NCBI GenBank assembly: GCA_017610385.1
Contig: JAFCCC010000001.1
Coordinates: 32,001 to 96,000, forward strand
Direction: 5' to 3'
DNA: 64,000 nucleotides
From: Candidatus Nanohalarchaeota archaeon
GTDB lineage: Archaea; Nanohalarchaeota; Nanosalinia; Nanosalinales; JAFCCC01
A program made the position numbers and the translations under genes. A model generated the notes under the pieces. It had not been told where the DNA came from. It saw nothing but the letters and a program-made list of their open reading frames with translations, and made no database searches. Shown in pieces: positions 26,276 through 36,534 of the stretch; within the stretch, counting starts at the first letter, position 1, and every line of letters begins with the position of its first letter.

Positions 26276-28540
26276 ATGAAAATCGAATCCTTATTAGGTA
26301 TGAATTTACCAAAATACGTTATTGATAACTTAAAGAAAAACAACATAGTTGAATTAAATCCACCACAAGAAAAAGCAATATCTTTGGGTGTGTTAACTGG
26401 TCAAAGCTTAATTGTGTCCACTCCAACCGCGTCAGGAAAAACTTTAATTGCGACTTTGGCTATTTCAAAACTCTTTACTGATTCTAAAGGAAAAGCCATT
26501 TACATAGTTCCATTAAAAGCCCTGGCTAATGAAAAATATAACTACTTCAAAGAGTTTTTTAACTCTCAAAAGATAAATGTTGGAATTTCAACAGGAGATT
26601 TTGATTCAAAAAGCCCACAGTTAGCAGATAAAGACCTAATTATTGCTACTGTAGAACGTGTTGATTCTTTGTTAAGACATAATGTTCCTTGGTTGTCTCA
26701 GGTCAAACTAGTAATAGCTGATGAGATACACCTTTTAAATGACCGTTCCCGAGGCCCAACATTAGAAGTTGCTTTAACCCGTTTAAAAGAAATTATAGAT
26801 TTTCAATTTTTAGGATTAAGCGCCACCATTAAAAATTCAGAGGAGCTTGCCGCTTGGCTAAATTGCAAAGTAATTAACAGCGAATATCGTCCAGTGGAAT
26901 TAGAAGAAGGTATTTTATATAATAATGAAATAGAGTTTTATTCTACTAAAAAAGATAAATCAGAATTTCAAAGAGGTAGTAATTTTTTGAAAGAGGGATG
27001 TAGGTCACAAAAAATCATCAAAGAATTTAACAGCGGCTTATTTGACTTAATAAAAGATACTTTAAAAAAAGATAAACAGGCATTGGTTTTTGTAAGAAGT
27101 AGAAGAAGTGGGGAAAGTACTGCTAAGAAATCAACTAAGATTTCACAATCGTTTTTGAATAAAAAGGAATCTGAAAAACTAATGCAAATGTCACTCAAAG
27201 CAGAAAATGTGCTTTCTACCCCTACTGCTCAGTGTAAAAATTTATCATACTGTTTAAAATCTGGTGTGGCATTTCATCATGCGGGTTTATTAAACGAACA
27301 AAAAAGAATAATTGAGACTGCGTTTAGAGAAGGATTAATTAAAATAATTTTTGCGACTCCGACACTTGCAATGGGTGTTTCTTTACCAGCTTATCGCGTA
27401 ATAATACAGGATTTACGTCGATATAGCAATTATGGCTTGAATTTTATCCCTGTTTTAGAATATAAACAATTTGCGGGGCGAGCGGGGCGACCAGAGCACC
27501 ATATGACAGGAGAATCGATTTGTATTGCAAAAGATCTTAAAATGAAAGAAGAAATTAAAAAAAGATATATTTTTGGCGATGTTGAAAATATTTATTCTAA
27601 ATTGGCTGTGGAACCAATTCTCAGAACGCATATTCTAAGTCTAATTGCTACGCATTCTGTTTCAAGTCAAGCAGAATTGCTGGATTTTTTTTCTAAAACC
27701 TTTTACGCATATCAGTATCGCAATTTAAGCAAAATAGAGACTCATTTAGAAAATATTATCAATAACCTAACAGAATATGGATTTATAAAACAAGGGAAAG
27801 AATTAGAAGCAGATTTTTTAGGTAAACGTGTCTCTGAATTATATATAGATCCATACACTGCCCAGTACCTCTTGAGTAATTTAGAGCCACATAAAGACCA
27901 TCAAATTCATGAAATTGGTCTTTTAAAGCTCCTTTGTGATTCAATAGAAATGAAACCGCTCTTATCCCTAAAAAAAGCAGATTACGCATACTTAGAAGGA
28001 TTATTAGAAGGAAGTGAACAAGTCCTGCTGGGAACCATTCCAAAAGAATGGGATTATAATTATGAGCAGTTTTTAAGATCATTCAAAACCGCATTGGCAA
28101 TACATGAATGGATAAATGAACAAGGAGAGGATAAATTAATGCAAACTTACGGAGTATCTCCCGGCAGCCTAAGAGTTAAATCAGAAATACTAAATTGGCT
28201 ATTATACGCGTGTAAGGAATTTTGTTCTATTAAAAAGTGGAATAATCTCTATTCACAAATTGAGTTATTAAGAATAAGATTAAAATACGGTGTAAAAGCA
28301 GAATTGCTTCCATTATTGAAATTTAGAGGGATTGGACGAGTGCGGGCGCGAAAATTATTTGATAAAAACATTAAAAACTCTCAGGATTTACTCAATTGCT
28401 CATTTGAGCGTTTAAAAACAATTGTTGGTAAACAGACTGCAATAAATATTAAAAACGAACTTGGTCAACGTCATTTTGATAGAGAAAATGTATTAGATTA
28501 CTTTAAAAATACTTCGGTGGACGATAAAATGCCGCTCTAA
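26276..28540 (+). CDS. hel308: Ski2-like SF2 helicase Hel308/Hjm
   Basis: PTASGKT, DEIH, LSATI, AFHHAGL, ATPTLAMGV, QFAGRAGRP, GIGRVRARKL. Confidence 0.95.
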   Translation: MKIESLLGMNLPKYVIDNLKKNNIVELNPPQEKAISLGVLTGQSLIVSTPTASGKTLIATLAISKLFTDSKGKAIYIVPLKALANEKYNYFKEFFNSQKINVGISTGDFDSKSPQLADKDLIIATVERVDSLLRHNVPWLSQVKLVIADEIHLLNDRSRGPTLEVALTRLKEIIDFQFLGLSATIKNSEELAAWLNCKVINSEYRPVELEEGILYNNEIEFYSTKKDKSEFQRGSNFLKEGCRSQKIIKEFNSGLFDLIKDTLKKDKQALVFVRSRRSGESTAKKSTKISQSFLNKKESEKLMQMSLKAENVLSTPTAQCKNLSYCLKSGVAFHHAGLLNEQKRIIETAFREGLIKIIFATPTLAMGVSLPAYRVIIQDLRRYSNYGLNFIPVLEYKQFAGRAGRPEHHMTGESICIAKDLKMKEEIKKRYIFGDVENIYSKLAVEPILRTHILSLIATHSVSSQAELLDFFSKTFYAYQYRNLSKIETHLENIINNLTEYGFIKQGKELEADFLGKRVSELYIDPYTAQYLLSNLEPHKDHQIHEIGLLKLLCDSIEMKPLLSLKKADYAYLEGLLEGSEQVLLGTIPKEWDYNYEQFLRSFKTALAIHEWINEQGEDKLMQTYGVSPGSLRVKSEILNWLLYACKEFCSIKKWNNLYSQIELLRIRLKYGVKAELLPLLKFRGIGRVRARKLFDKNIKNSQDLLNCSFERLKTIVGKQTAINIKNELGQRHFDRENVLDYFKNTSVDDKMPL

Positions 28541-29261
28541 TTCTATTTTTAAGTGATTTTTCTTTTGGTTCTACACCTAAAAGCCTATATGCAGTATTCA
28601 TAAATTGTCGAGAAACTTTGGATTTAGGAGAATAAGTAACAACAGGTATTCTTAATGCAATTGCTTCTCTAACACGTTTATGATCTGTTATTTCTCCTAA
28701 AAGTCGCTGATTTAATGTCTCTTCAATGTTCTGTGCAGTTAATTGACTTTTTTCATTTCTTTTCTTATTAATTACTACACCCGAAATTGGGCGGTTATAT
28801 TTTTCAGCAAGTTTGATAATTCCAATCGCGTTAGTTATAGAAGGCATTTCTGGCTCAGTAACTATAATTATCTCGTCAGATGCCTGAATGACGCCTTCTG
28901 CTACTTTTCCAGATCCAGAAGGACCGTCTATTAAAATTACATCTCGATCTCCTGTAAAATCTAATAGAATATTTTTTAATCTTGTAATATCCTCACTATA
29001 ATCCAAAATAGATGCGGGAATAATTGCTACGCCGTTAATTTTATAAAAAGCTTCTGTAATAAATGCGCGACCGGCCATAACGTCATTTAACGTAGTCAGA
29101 GGCTCTATTCCAAAATGTTGAATCAAATTTGCACCACTTAAATCCGCATCAACAATTAAAACACTTTTACTAAGGTTAGAAAGTGCTGAACCCAGGTTTG
29201 CAACTAAAGTCGTTTTACCAACGCCTCCTTTTCCAGAAAGAACACCAATAGTTCTAGTCAT
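28503..29261 (-). CDS. MinD/ParA-family ATPase (archaeal MinD-like)
   Basis: SGKGGVGKTT, VDADL, IDGP. Confidence 0.9.
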   Translation of the reverse strand: MTRTIGVLSGKGGVGKTTLVANLGSALSNLSKSVLIVDADLSGANLIQHFGIEPLTTLNDVMAGRAFITEAFYKINGVAIIPASILDYSEDITRLKNILLDFTGDRDVILIDGPSGSGKVAEGVIQASDEIIIVTEPEMPSITNAIGIIKLAEKYNRPISGVVINKKRNEKSQLTAQNIEETLNQRLLGEITDHKRVREAIALRIPVVTYSPKSKVSRQFMNTAYRLLGVEPKEKSLKNRIRAAFYRPPKYF

Positions 29262-29351
29262 ACTTACCTTTTGTTAAATTTCCTTAATAAATGTAGTTGA
29301 AATTAAAAAACAGATATAAAGTTATGTTCTTGCAATAACTAACAGATAAAA

Positions 29352-29897
29352 ATGTCAATTACAGGGACGCTCGCACAAAATAAAGTTAGAGTTACAAAAG
29401 AAATAGATCAGATTCACTCAGAAAAATATTATGGAAAAATAATTTCTGATTCTGGAAAAGATGTATTAGAATTATCTCTAACAGAAACGATGCATCTAGT
29501 CAATAAAGGAGAATTAACATTAAAGGACGGTAGAAAAAAATTAAATAATGAAGTAGTTTACGAGCGATTCTGCGAAATCGATGCAGAATTTCCACAGAAA
29601 TACACAGTTTATGCGGATTTGCGGGAACGAGGATATATTGTAAAAAGTGGTTTCAAATTTGGTACACACTTTAGAGTTTATTCCAGAGGAGTAAACCCTT
29701 ACAAAGAAGGCCAAAAAGAACAAAAAGAACATACTAAATGGGTTGTACATGCAGTTCCTGAAAATTATACATTATCTTATCAAGAAATGTCAAGATCTGT
29801 CCGTTTGGCTCAAAACATTAGAACTAAAATGCTTTGGGCGGTTGTAGATTCGGAAAATGAAGTCACGTACTATGAGATATATCGTTTAAGACCATAG
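29352..29897 (+). CDS. endA: tRNA-intron (splicing) endonuclease
   Basis: LSLTE, VYADLRERGYIVKSGFKFGTHFRVY, catalytic His, C-terminal VVD..VTYY..RP. Confidence 0.95.
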   Translation: MSITGTLAQNKVRVTKEIDQIHSEKYYGKIISDSGKDVLELSLTETMHLVNKGELTLKDGRKKLNNEVVYERFCEIDAEFPQKYTVYADLRERGYIVKSGFKFGTHFRVYSRGVNPYKEGQKEQKEHTKWVVHAVPENYTLSYQEMSRSVRLAQNIRTKMLWAVVDSENEVTYYEIYRLRP

Positions 29898-30042
29898 AAC
29901 TATGAAAGAAATCTTTACTGGCATCGATCTAAATAAAGTAGAATTAAGCACAATTAGAAGATTCTAATATAATTCTCATAATGGTTCTAAGATACTACTG
30001 ATAATAGCTAACTTGAAATAAAGAGATTCATAAATATATGGT

Positions 30043-30774
30043 ATGCAAAAGAAAGGGCAAAGTGTGGGGATTGATTTTAGTGTGGGCCTCTTTGTAATGT
30101 TACTAATTATTGGAATTTCAATAAATTATATCTCAAACTCAGTTTCTACAAAAAGTTCTTTTTCCGAACCAATTAAAAATGCAGCGTATTCTACAATAAA
30201 TAAATTAACGCGGAACTTACAATGGATTGTTTATCAAATGCCAATTTTAGTAGAAACAAATCACAGTTTAACAAATCAAAAATTAGGATTTTATTTTAAT
30301 TTTTCTAAAGTTGATGTTAATTCAGTTATATTGCTTCAAAATGGAGAAATGATTCCTTACTTACGAATAGACAATTCAGTATTATTTGAAGCGAATTTAA
30401 GTTCTGGAAAAAATCTAATTCAACTTACCTACACGAAAGACACAAATTTGGATTATATTAGTCCTATTTCATCTTTTAATAGCTCACAGCCAGAAAGCTT
30501 CTTTACATATCCTCTTAAAATTCTTTCAGAAACAGAAATAGTTGGACTATCTGAAGAGAAAATACAAGAGTATTTTCTAAAAACAAATGATCAGATCGGC
30601 GAGATTTTAAATCTTGGATCTTTTGAATTTAATATAACAATTCCAGGAGAAATAAGTGTGGGGGGAGTTTTGCCTGAATCCCAAGAAACTTATGTGCTTT
30701 CTACACCAAGGCACATTCTATATCGATTTGGAAATCAAAGCACAAAAAGAATGGAGGTAGCAATATGGGCTTAG
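30043..30774 (+). CDS. Class III signal-peptide (type IV pilin-like) protein
   Basis: MQKKG|QSVGIDF followed by a hydrophobic helix. Confidence 0.7.
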   Translation: MQKKGQSVGIDFSVGLFVMLLIIGISINYISNSVSTKSSFSEPIKNAAYSTINKLTRNLQWIVYQMPILVETNHSLTNQKLGFYFNFSKVDVNSVILLQNGEMIPYLRIDNSVLFEANLSSGKNLIQLTYTKDTNLDYISPISSFNSSQPESFFTYPLKILSETEIVGLSEEKIQEYFLKTNDQIGEILNLGSFEFNITIPGEISVGGVLPESQETYVLSTPRHILYRFGNQSTKRMEVAIWA

Positions 30775-31406
30775 AGTCTAAGGGATTTATTAAGTCTTTA
30801 GAAGCAGTTATGTCCGCTTCATTAATTTTAATTTTCGTTATTGGAATTTTTCCAACCATGCAGTCACATTCTGAAATCAAAAACAATGTTTTTAATCTTT
30901 TATCTTTCGTAAAAAATGCAGACGATCCAGAATTTAGAATTGCGATAATAAATAAGGATAATAATAGTATTTCAGAAAAATTAAAACAAGAATTCCCAAC
31001 AAAACAGATTAACGTGGGTTTTTTAGATTTGCGTTCTACAAAAGAAACACTTACAAAGGCCAATACCCTTGTGTTTTCACTCGAAAAAGCTAAGTCCACC
31101 AAAGAAATTCTTTATATTTTTCTAGTCAATCTTGAAAATATAACCATTAAATTAAATAATGAGGAAATTTATTCTAAAAATCAATTAGAAGATAAGTTAA
31201 GCTTAGAATTTGATTTAACGAATAAAACAAATGAGGGCAATAACCAATTAGATTTATTAGGTACGTTTGAAAAATTAGATTATATTTTGGATTTTTATTA
31301 TTATGAAATTAATGCCCCAGATAAAGATACAGTTGAAAGCATCAGTTACTTTATATCTGGAAACCAAACAATATTACAACCGAGCACATTGGTGCTAATG
31401 AGGTAA
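30765..31406 (+). CDS. Class III signal-peptide (pilin-like) protein
   Basis: SKG|FIKSLEAV followed by a hydrophobic helix. Confidence 0.7.
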   Translation: MGLESKGFIKSLEAVMSASLILIFVIGIFPTMQSHSEIKNNVFNLLSFVKNADDPEFRIAIINKDNNSISEKLKQEFPTKQINVGFLDLRSTKETLTKANTLVFSLEKAKSTKEILYIFLVNLENITIKLNNEEIYSKNQLEDKLSLEFDLTNKTNEGNNQLDLLGTFEKLDYILDFYYYEINAPDKDTVESISYFISGNQTILQPSTLVLMR

Positions 31407-31407
31407 A

Positions 31408-31905
31408 ATGAAAAAAGGAATTTCTCCATTAATATCCTTTGTACTTTATACGGCAATAGCTATAATGGCTATTTCAATGATAATTAGCGTTGGTTTTCCA
31501 TATTTAGAAAAAATTAGAGATTCTGTTGCAATTAAACAAGCCCAGGATTTTTTAGGTGTATTTGATTCTGTTGTTTCAGAAGTGGCGTTTTCTGGGCAAA
31601 ATTCAAAGGTTCCAATAACCTTAAGATTTGAAAGAGGTAAATATATTTTCTCAGACGATCAAAATGAATTGAGATTTAAAATAGAAACTGACTCAAATAT
31701 AGTTTCGCCAGGTGCCTCTGCGAGACTTGGTCCATTGAGTTTGGAAGCAGACGAAAATGCAACATATGTAATTTTAAAATATAATACAACAGAACTCATT
31801 TTAGCAGGATATAATAAAACACTATTTTCAGGAACACATAAACTTATTGTTCGGAACCTGGGCGTAGAAAATAATCAACTTATTATTGAGGTAAACTCCC
31901 AATGA
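31408..31905 (+). CDS. Archaeal type IV pilin-like protein
   Basis: MKKG|ISPLISFVL, typical archaeal pilin N-terminus. Confidence 0.8.
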   Translation: MKKGISPLISFVLYTAIAIMAISMIISVGFPYLEKIRDSVAIKQAQDFLGVFDSVVSEVAFSGQNSKVPITLRFERGKYIFSDDQNELRFKIETDSNIVSPGASARLGPLSLEADENATYVILKYNTTELILAGYNKTLFSGTHKLIVRNLGVENNQLIIEVNSQ

Positions 31906-32468
31906 GAAAGGGACAATATTTTTTAATTAGTACAATAATGTTCATTGGCATTTTAACAGCGTTAACGTTCTCGCGCGGTCACTATGTTGTATCTAATTTG
32001 GAATTAGTTCCAGAAATTTTAAAGAATTCTATTGGAGAATTTTCTACAGCATTAAACTCTATATTATACGATAAATACAGTTCAGAAAATTTAGAACAGT
32101 CTTTGAGATCTTATACAAATTTTCAGAGGTTTTATTTTAAGAAACATGGTTTAAATCACAAAACATATTTTTTGGTAGGCGTACCAGACGGCAATAAAGT
32201 AAATGTTACGTTTGGAAACTTCTATGGCAATTTAGAAAATTTAGAAATTTCTATAAATTCAGAGAAGAAATATTTGTGGGTTAATGATACAGAAATAAGA
32301 ACTGTGGTATTTGATAACGTCCCAGAATTTTTTAGTGTCAATCTAATGCTTTCAGAGGATGGAACTCCCGTAAATTACACCATAAACACAGAAAAGAGAA
32401 CGTTTTATATTGTGAAACTTGTAGCGGACTTTAAAGAAAATCATTTTGAAGAAGTAAGAAATAGTTAA
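31902..32468 (+). CDS. Class III signal-peptide (pilin-like) protein
   Basis: MRKG|QYFLIS followed by a hydrophobic helix. Confidence 0.7.
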   Translation: MRKGQYFLISTIMFIGILTALTFSRGHYVVSNLELVPEILKNSIGEFSTALNSILYDKYSSENLEQSLRSYTNFQRFYFKKHGLNHKTYFLVGVPDGNKVNVTFGNFYGNLENLEISINSEKKYLWVNDTEIRTVVFDNVPEFFSVNLMLSEDGTPVNYTINTEKRTFYIVKLVADFKENHFEEVRNS

Positions 32469-33289
32469 AGTAAACCACGAATTGCCAGTTTCTTCCTTAA
32501 AAAATACCCATAAAGCAACCCAACGAGTAATCCTGCTAAATGTGCTGTATTTGCAATTGGTGCACCAGCAAGTCTTAAAACGAGATCCAAGACAATAAAA
32601 ATAATCAAGGCGCGACTTAATTTTACGGGAATTGGAATAAACATTATAAAAACCCGAATTTCTGGTGCTAAAAATACTAATGCTCCCAATATTCCATAAA
32701 TTGCTCCAGAAGCTCCAACTGCGATTGCTGGAAGAGTGTATAGTGCAAATATGCTATACCCCACACTTGCAATTATTCCTGCAACAAAGTAGAGTATTAA
32801 AAACCTTAATTTGCCAATTTTTTTCTCTAAATAACGACCAAACATAAATAATACAAACATATTCAAGAAAAGGTGCCAAAGACCAGCATGTAAAAACATG
32901 CTAGTAACCAACCGCCAAGGCTGAGCCAATATTTTGGCTGGATCTAATGCAAACAAATTGAAAAAGCTTATATTGGATAACCCGATTAATGAAATAAGAA
33001 TAGTAACACCCACCAAAAAATTAGTAATTTTTTTTGGCAAATAATTTTGAAGGCTGAATTTTTGTTTTTTAGACGCTTCGTGGGCATAATGCCGAAAGGG
33101 TTCGTAGATCACATTTACTTCCTTTTTAGCTCGTTGTTTATGTTCTATTAGACCAGAACATTCGTGATTCTCAGGAAGTCTGTGTTCTGCACAAAAATAT
33201 TTTCCACAAAACTTACATTTAAATGGCATAGAAATTTTTTTCTTGCAATAATAACATTCCGACATAGTAAAATCTTCTCTCTCAAACAT
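32465..33289 (-). CDS. Rhomboid intramembrane protease with N-terminal AN1 zinc finger
   Basis: CYYC..FKCKFC..FCAEHRLPENHEC; WRLVTSMFLH, HLFLNM, GASGA, AHLAG. Confidence 0.95.
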   Translation of the reverse strand: MFEREDFTMSECYYCKKKISMPFKCKFCGKYFCAEHRLPENHECSGLIEHKQRAKKEVNVIYEPFRHYAHEASKKQKFSLQNYLPKKITNFLVGVTILISLIGLSNISFFNLFALDPAKILAQPWRLVTSMFLHAGLWHLFLNMFVLFMFGRYLEKKIGKLRFLILYFVAGIIASVGYSIFALYTLPAIAVGASGAIYGILGALVFLAPEIRVFIMFIPIPVKLSRALIIFIVLDLVLRLAGAPIANTAHLAGLLVGLLYGYFLRKKLAIRGLL

Positions 33290-33301
33290 ATATTCTTATT
33301 T

Positions 33302-34795
33302 TTAATGTTTATTTATCTGAGAAAATTTAAGTGCTCCAGAAATAAGCTCATTTACTGTTTTCTCTATATCTGAAATTTTAATTCTGATTTGTTTCATAGA
33401 ATCTTTATCTCTTAGAGTTACTGTTTGATCCTCTTTTGTTTGGTAATCAATAGTAATTACAAAGGGGATTCCTTTTTCGTCGACACGCCTATATCGTCTA
33501 CCGATAGACGCAACTTCGTCATAATAAACTTCTAATTTTGCTTTTTTCAGAGTTTGGTAAATTTTATTAGCTAATTCTGCAATTCCATCTTTTTTAACCA
33601 GGGGGAATACCGCCAATTTGATTGGAGTCAATTGTTTCGGTAATTTTAGAACTGCTCGAGATTCTCCATTAACTGTTTCTACCTTGTAAAAAATATCTAA
33701 TAAACAATAAATTGGTCTATCAACGCCAAATGCTATTTCTAAAATTTGCGGATGAACATTATTCCCATTTTCATCTAAAATCACTAAATTTTCATTTGAA
33801 TATTTTGAGTGTCGCTTTAGATCATAATCTCCTCGATCATGTACACCACAGCACTCAATCCAACCTAAAGAGGTTTTTACTTCAAAATCCCACGCATCAA
33901 CTGCATAGTGCGCTCTTTCATCATCTTTATGTTGTCTTATTCTTAATTTATCCTGAGGAAAACCCAAACGCTCAAACAATTTATATGTTAAAAATAAGTA
34001 ATAGACATAAGCCGGCTTTTCAGTATATTTTGAAACTTCTTGGTAGTTCATTAATTTTTCTTTTTGGGCCTTTTCCTGGAATTCTGCTGGCCAAAAAACA
34101 CCTTTAACAGACTTAAACTCCTTCAATTTACTTTTAAACCGTTCCGAATATTCTAATTCTTTTGTTATGAAAATCTGACCTTCCGCCTGTGTAAATTCTC
34201 TCCCTCGAAGTACATTTTGCCGTGGAGAGATTTCATTTCTATAAGCGCGACCAATCTGAAAAACCTTAATTGGGAGTTTTTTTCTGAAGAAATCATAATA
34301 TCTTTTAAAAGGCAAATAGGTCATTGTAGCTGTTTCAGGACGATTAAATGCCTCTCTTCCACCCACCTCTGTTTTAATCATTAAATTAAAGGATTCAACT
34401 TTAGATCCGAGAGCCCCGTTGCAATTAGGACACTTAACTTTATTTTCCTTTATTCTCTTCAGAAGCTCTTTTACTGAGATTCCTTTTTCTTCTGCTAATT
34501 TATCAATTCTAAAAGACCTTTTACATTTTTTACAAATTACTACTTTATCAACAAAACCCAATAAATGACCAGAACCCTCCCAAACTTCTTTTGGTGCAAT
34601 AAAAGGCGATTCTATTTCGAAGAAATCTTGAACTTTGAATTCATTTCGAATTGTGTTTTCTACATTTCGTTTTAATAAGGTGCCCAGTGGTCCATAAGTA
34701 TAAAAACCAGCTAATCCTCCATAAATTTCAGGCTCGGGCCCCCAAATAAATCCGTTTTTAATTAAAAAAGATTCAAAATCATTTGTTCTTGCCAT
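33302..34795 (-). CDS. glyS: Glycine-tRNA ligase (alpha2 type)
   Basis: YTYGPLG, RPETA, QIGRAYRNEISPR, REFTQAE, AHYA, SIGRRYRR. Confidence 0.97.
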   Translation of the reverse strand: MARTNDFESFLIKNGFIWGPEPEIYGGLAGFYTYGPLGTLLKRNVENTIRNEFKVQDFFEIESPFIAPKEVWEGSGHLLGFVDKVVICKKCKRSFRIDKLAEEKGISVKELLKRIKENKVKCPNCNGALGSKVESFNLMIKTEVGGREAFNRPETATMTYLPFKRYYDFFRKKLPIKVFQIGRAYRNEISPRQNVLRGREFTQAEGQIFITKELEYSERFKSKLKEFKSVKGVFWPAEFQEKAQKEKLMNYQEVSKYTEKPAYVYYLFLTYKLFERLGFPQDKLRIRQHKDDERAHYAVDAWDFEVKTSLGWIECCGVHDRGDYDLKRHSKYSNENLVILDENGNNVHPQILEIAFGVDRPIYCLLDIFYKVETVNGESRAVLKLPKQLTPIKLAVFPLVKKDGIAELANKIYQTLKKAKLEVYYDEVASIGRRYRRVDEKGIPFVITIDYQTKEDQTVTLRDKDSMKQIRIKISDIEKTVNELISGALKFSQINKH

Positions 34796-35126
34796 TTTCT
34801 TCTCTTAAAAATAAAGTCTTTTATAGTTATAAAATTATACTCAATTTATGAGAGCAATAGATTATCGGTGGCTCTGAAAACCGAAACGATTTCTTTAGTT
34901 GTATCTCTAATTTATTGTGGCGTAGTTATATTTAATTTATAAGCTCGGCATCAGCTTTGTAACTCAATCAGCGTAAGCTCTACGGTTCATTTCAAATTTT
35001 GAACCGTAAGATATTTAAATAAGATAGAATAAGAAATATTATGTTTAAAATGAAACTAAGTGAGTATCTTTGGCTTTGAATTCTTAAATGCACTTAGTTT
35101 AAACATTTTTTCTAAAGAAAATTTAA

Positions 35127-35376
35127 GGGGTTGTAGTTTAATCCGGCAGAATATTCGGCTCCAGATAACAGCTAGCTTAGTTAACATGCTCAACGAGTTG
35201 CGGGCAACTCACTTCACTTCGACGTTTAATTTTGCTTGAATTGGGAATGCATTAATTTCCGATTTAGGAAACTTAACAAGTTTCCGTGAGCTTTTATTTG
35301 AAAAGCTCATCCGAGCGCTCGGACTTTCTGGTTTTGGAGAAACCGAAGGATCTGGGTTCAAATCCCAGCGACCCCA
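35127..35376 (+). tRNA. tRNA-Trp(CCA) with 177-nt intron at 37/38 (35165-35341)
   Basis: Acceptor GGGGTTG/CGACCCC; stem TTCGG/CCGAA; BHB CTCC/GGAG with AG|A and AA|A bulges; T-arm CTGGG-TTCAAAT-CCCAG. Confidence 0.92.
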
Positions 35377-35418
35377 TCAAAACAAATTATTAAATGTCAG
35401 AGGAGGTAATTAATTAAA

Positions 35419-36534
35419 ATGACAAAAATGATCGTCACGCCATGGACTGTTGAAGGAGACATAAACTATGAACGGTTGATTAAAGAGTTTGGAATTCAAC
35501 CACTTAGAAAATTACCAGATGTTTTTGAAAAAAATGTTTTGTATAGAAGACGTGTCGTTTTTGCACACAGAGATTTTGACAAAATTATAAGGGCGATTGA
35601 TCAAAAGAAAAAGGTCGTAATGATGACTGGTCTAATGCCTTCTGGAAAATTTCATTTGGGACATATGTTGCTTGCACAGCAATTTGTTTTTTATCAGAAA
35701 CTAGGAGTTAAATTGTATATTGCAGTGGCAGATCTTGAGGCATATAATGCCCGCCAAAAAACAACAGAAGAATTAAGGGAGATTGCAATTGATCAGTATT
35801 TATTAAATTATATTGCATTGGGATTAAAACCAGAAAATGTCGATTTTTATTTTCAAAGTGAAAGAAGTAAGGACGCAAAAAAATCAAATGCATTTTATTC
35901 TTTAGCAGGCAAATTTGCGCGTTATGCTACGTTTAATGAATTTAAAGGAGTTTATGGAGAAATTACGCCAGGAAAGATGTCTTCATCTCTTTTACAAGCA
36001 GCAGATATGTATCATCCACAATTAAAAGAGTTTGAGGGTCCAAATACTTTCACTTTTATTCCTGTTGGAATCGATCAAGACCCACACATAAGATTAGCGA
36101 GAGGAATGGCAAATAGAATGAAAGATTACACTTTTACTTCAATTGCTTCAACATATCATACTTTTCTTCCTGCACTAAATGGGAAAGGAAAAATGTCCAG
36201 TTCAAAGGAATCCTCTTTTATTGCGATGACAGATGATGAAAAAACTGTTGAAAACAAAATCAAAAAATACGCATTTTCTGGAGGCAGAACCACTGTGAAA
36301 GAACACAGAGAAAAAGGCGGTAATCCAGATAAAGATGTTTCCTTTCAATATTTGAAAATGTTCTTTGAACCAAATGATAAAAAATTAGAAAATATTTATA
36401 ACTCGTATAGCTCCGGAGAAATGTTGAGTGGAGAATTAAAACAGATCCTAATTGAAAAAATAAATGCGTTTTTGAAGGCGCACCAAAAAAACAGAGAAAA
36501 AAGCAAAAAGCTACTTGATAAGTTTATTTATTAG
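35419..36534 (+). CDS. trpS: Tryptophan-tRNA ligase
   Basis: VTPW, GLMPSGKFHLGH, GIDQDPH, KMSSS, AFSGGR. Confidence 0.97.
   Translation: MTKMIVTPWTVEGDINYERLIKEFGIQPLRKLPDVFEKNVLYRRRVVFAHRDFDKIIRAIDQKKKVVMMTGLMPSGKFHLGHMLLAQQFVFYQKLGVKLYIAVADLEAYNARQKTTEELREIAIDQYLLNYIALGLKPENVDFYFQSERSKDAKKSNAFYSLAGKFARYATFNEFKGVYGEITPGKMSSSLLQAADMYHPQLKEFEGPNTFTFIPVGIDQDPHIRLARGMANRMKDYTFTSIASTYHTFLPALNGKGKMSSSKESSFIAMTDDEKTVENKIKKYAFSGGRTTVKEHREKGGNPDKDVSFQYLKMFFEPNDKKLENIYNSYSSGEMLSGELKQILIEKINAFLKAHQKNREKSKKLLDKFIY

Noticed and set aside
29902-29967. 21-codon ORF MKEIFTGIDL... after endA resembling the rnhB exon 1 start
   Set aside because: Too short; similarity is limited to two 9-10-nt words and no BHB half was seen
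34940-35010. Hairpin TACGGTTCA/TGAACCGTA and CTGA motifs between glyS and tRNA-Trp
   Set aside because: No convincing C box or recognisable RNA family; one 9-bp stem is insufficient
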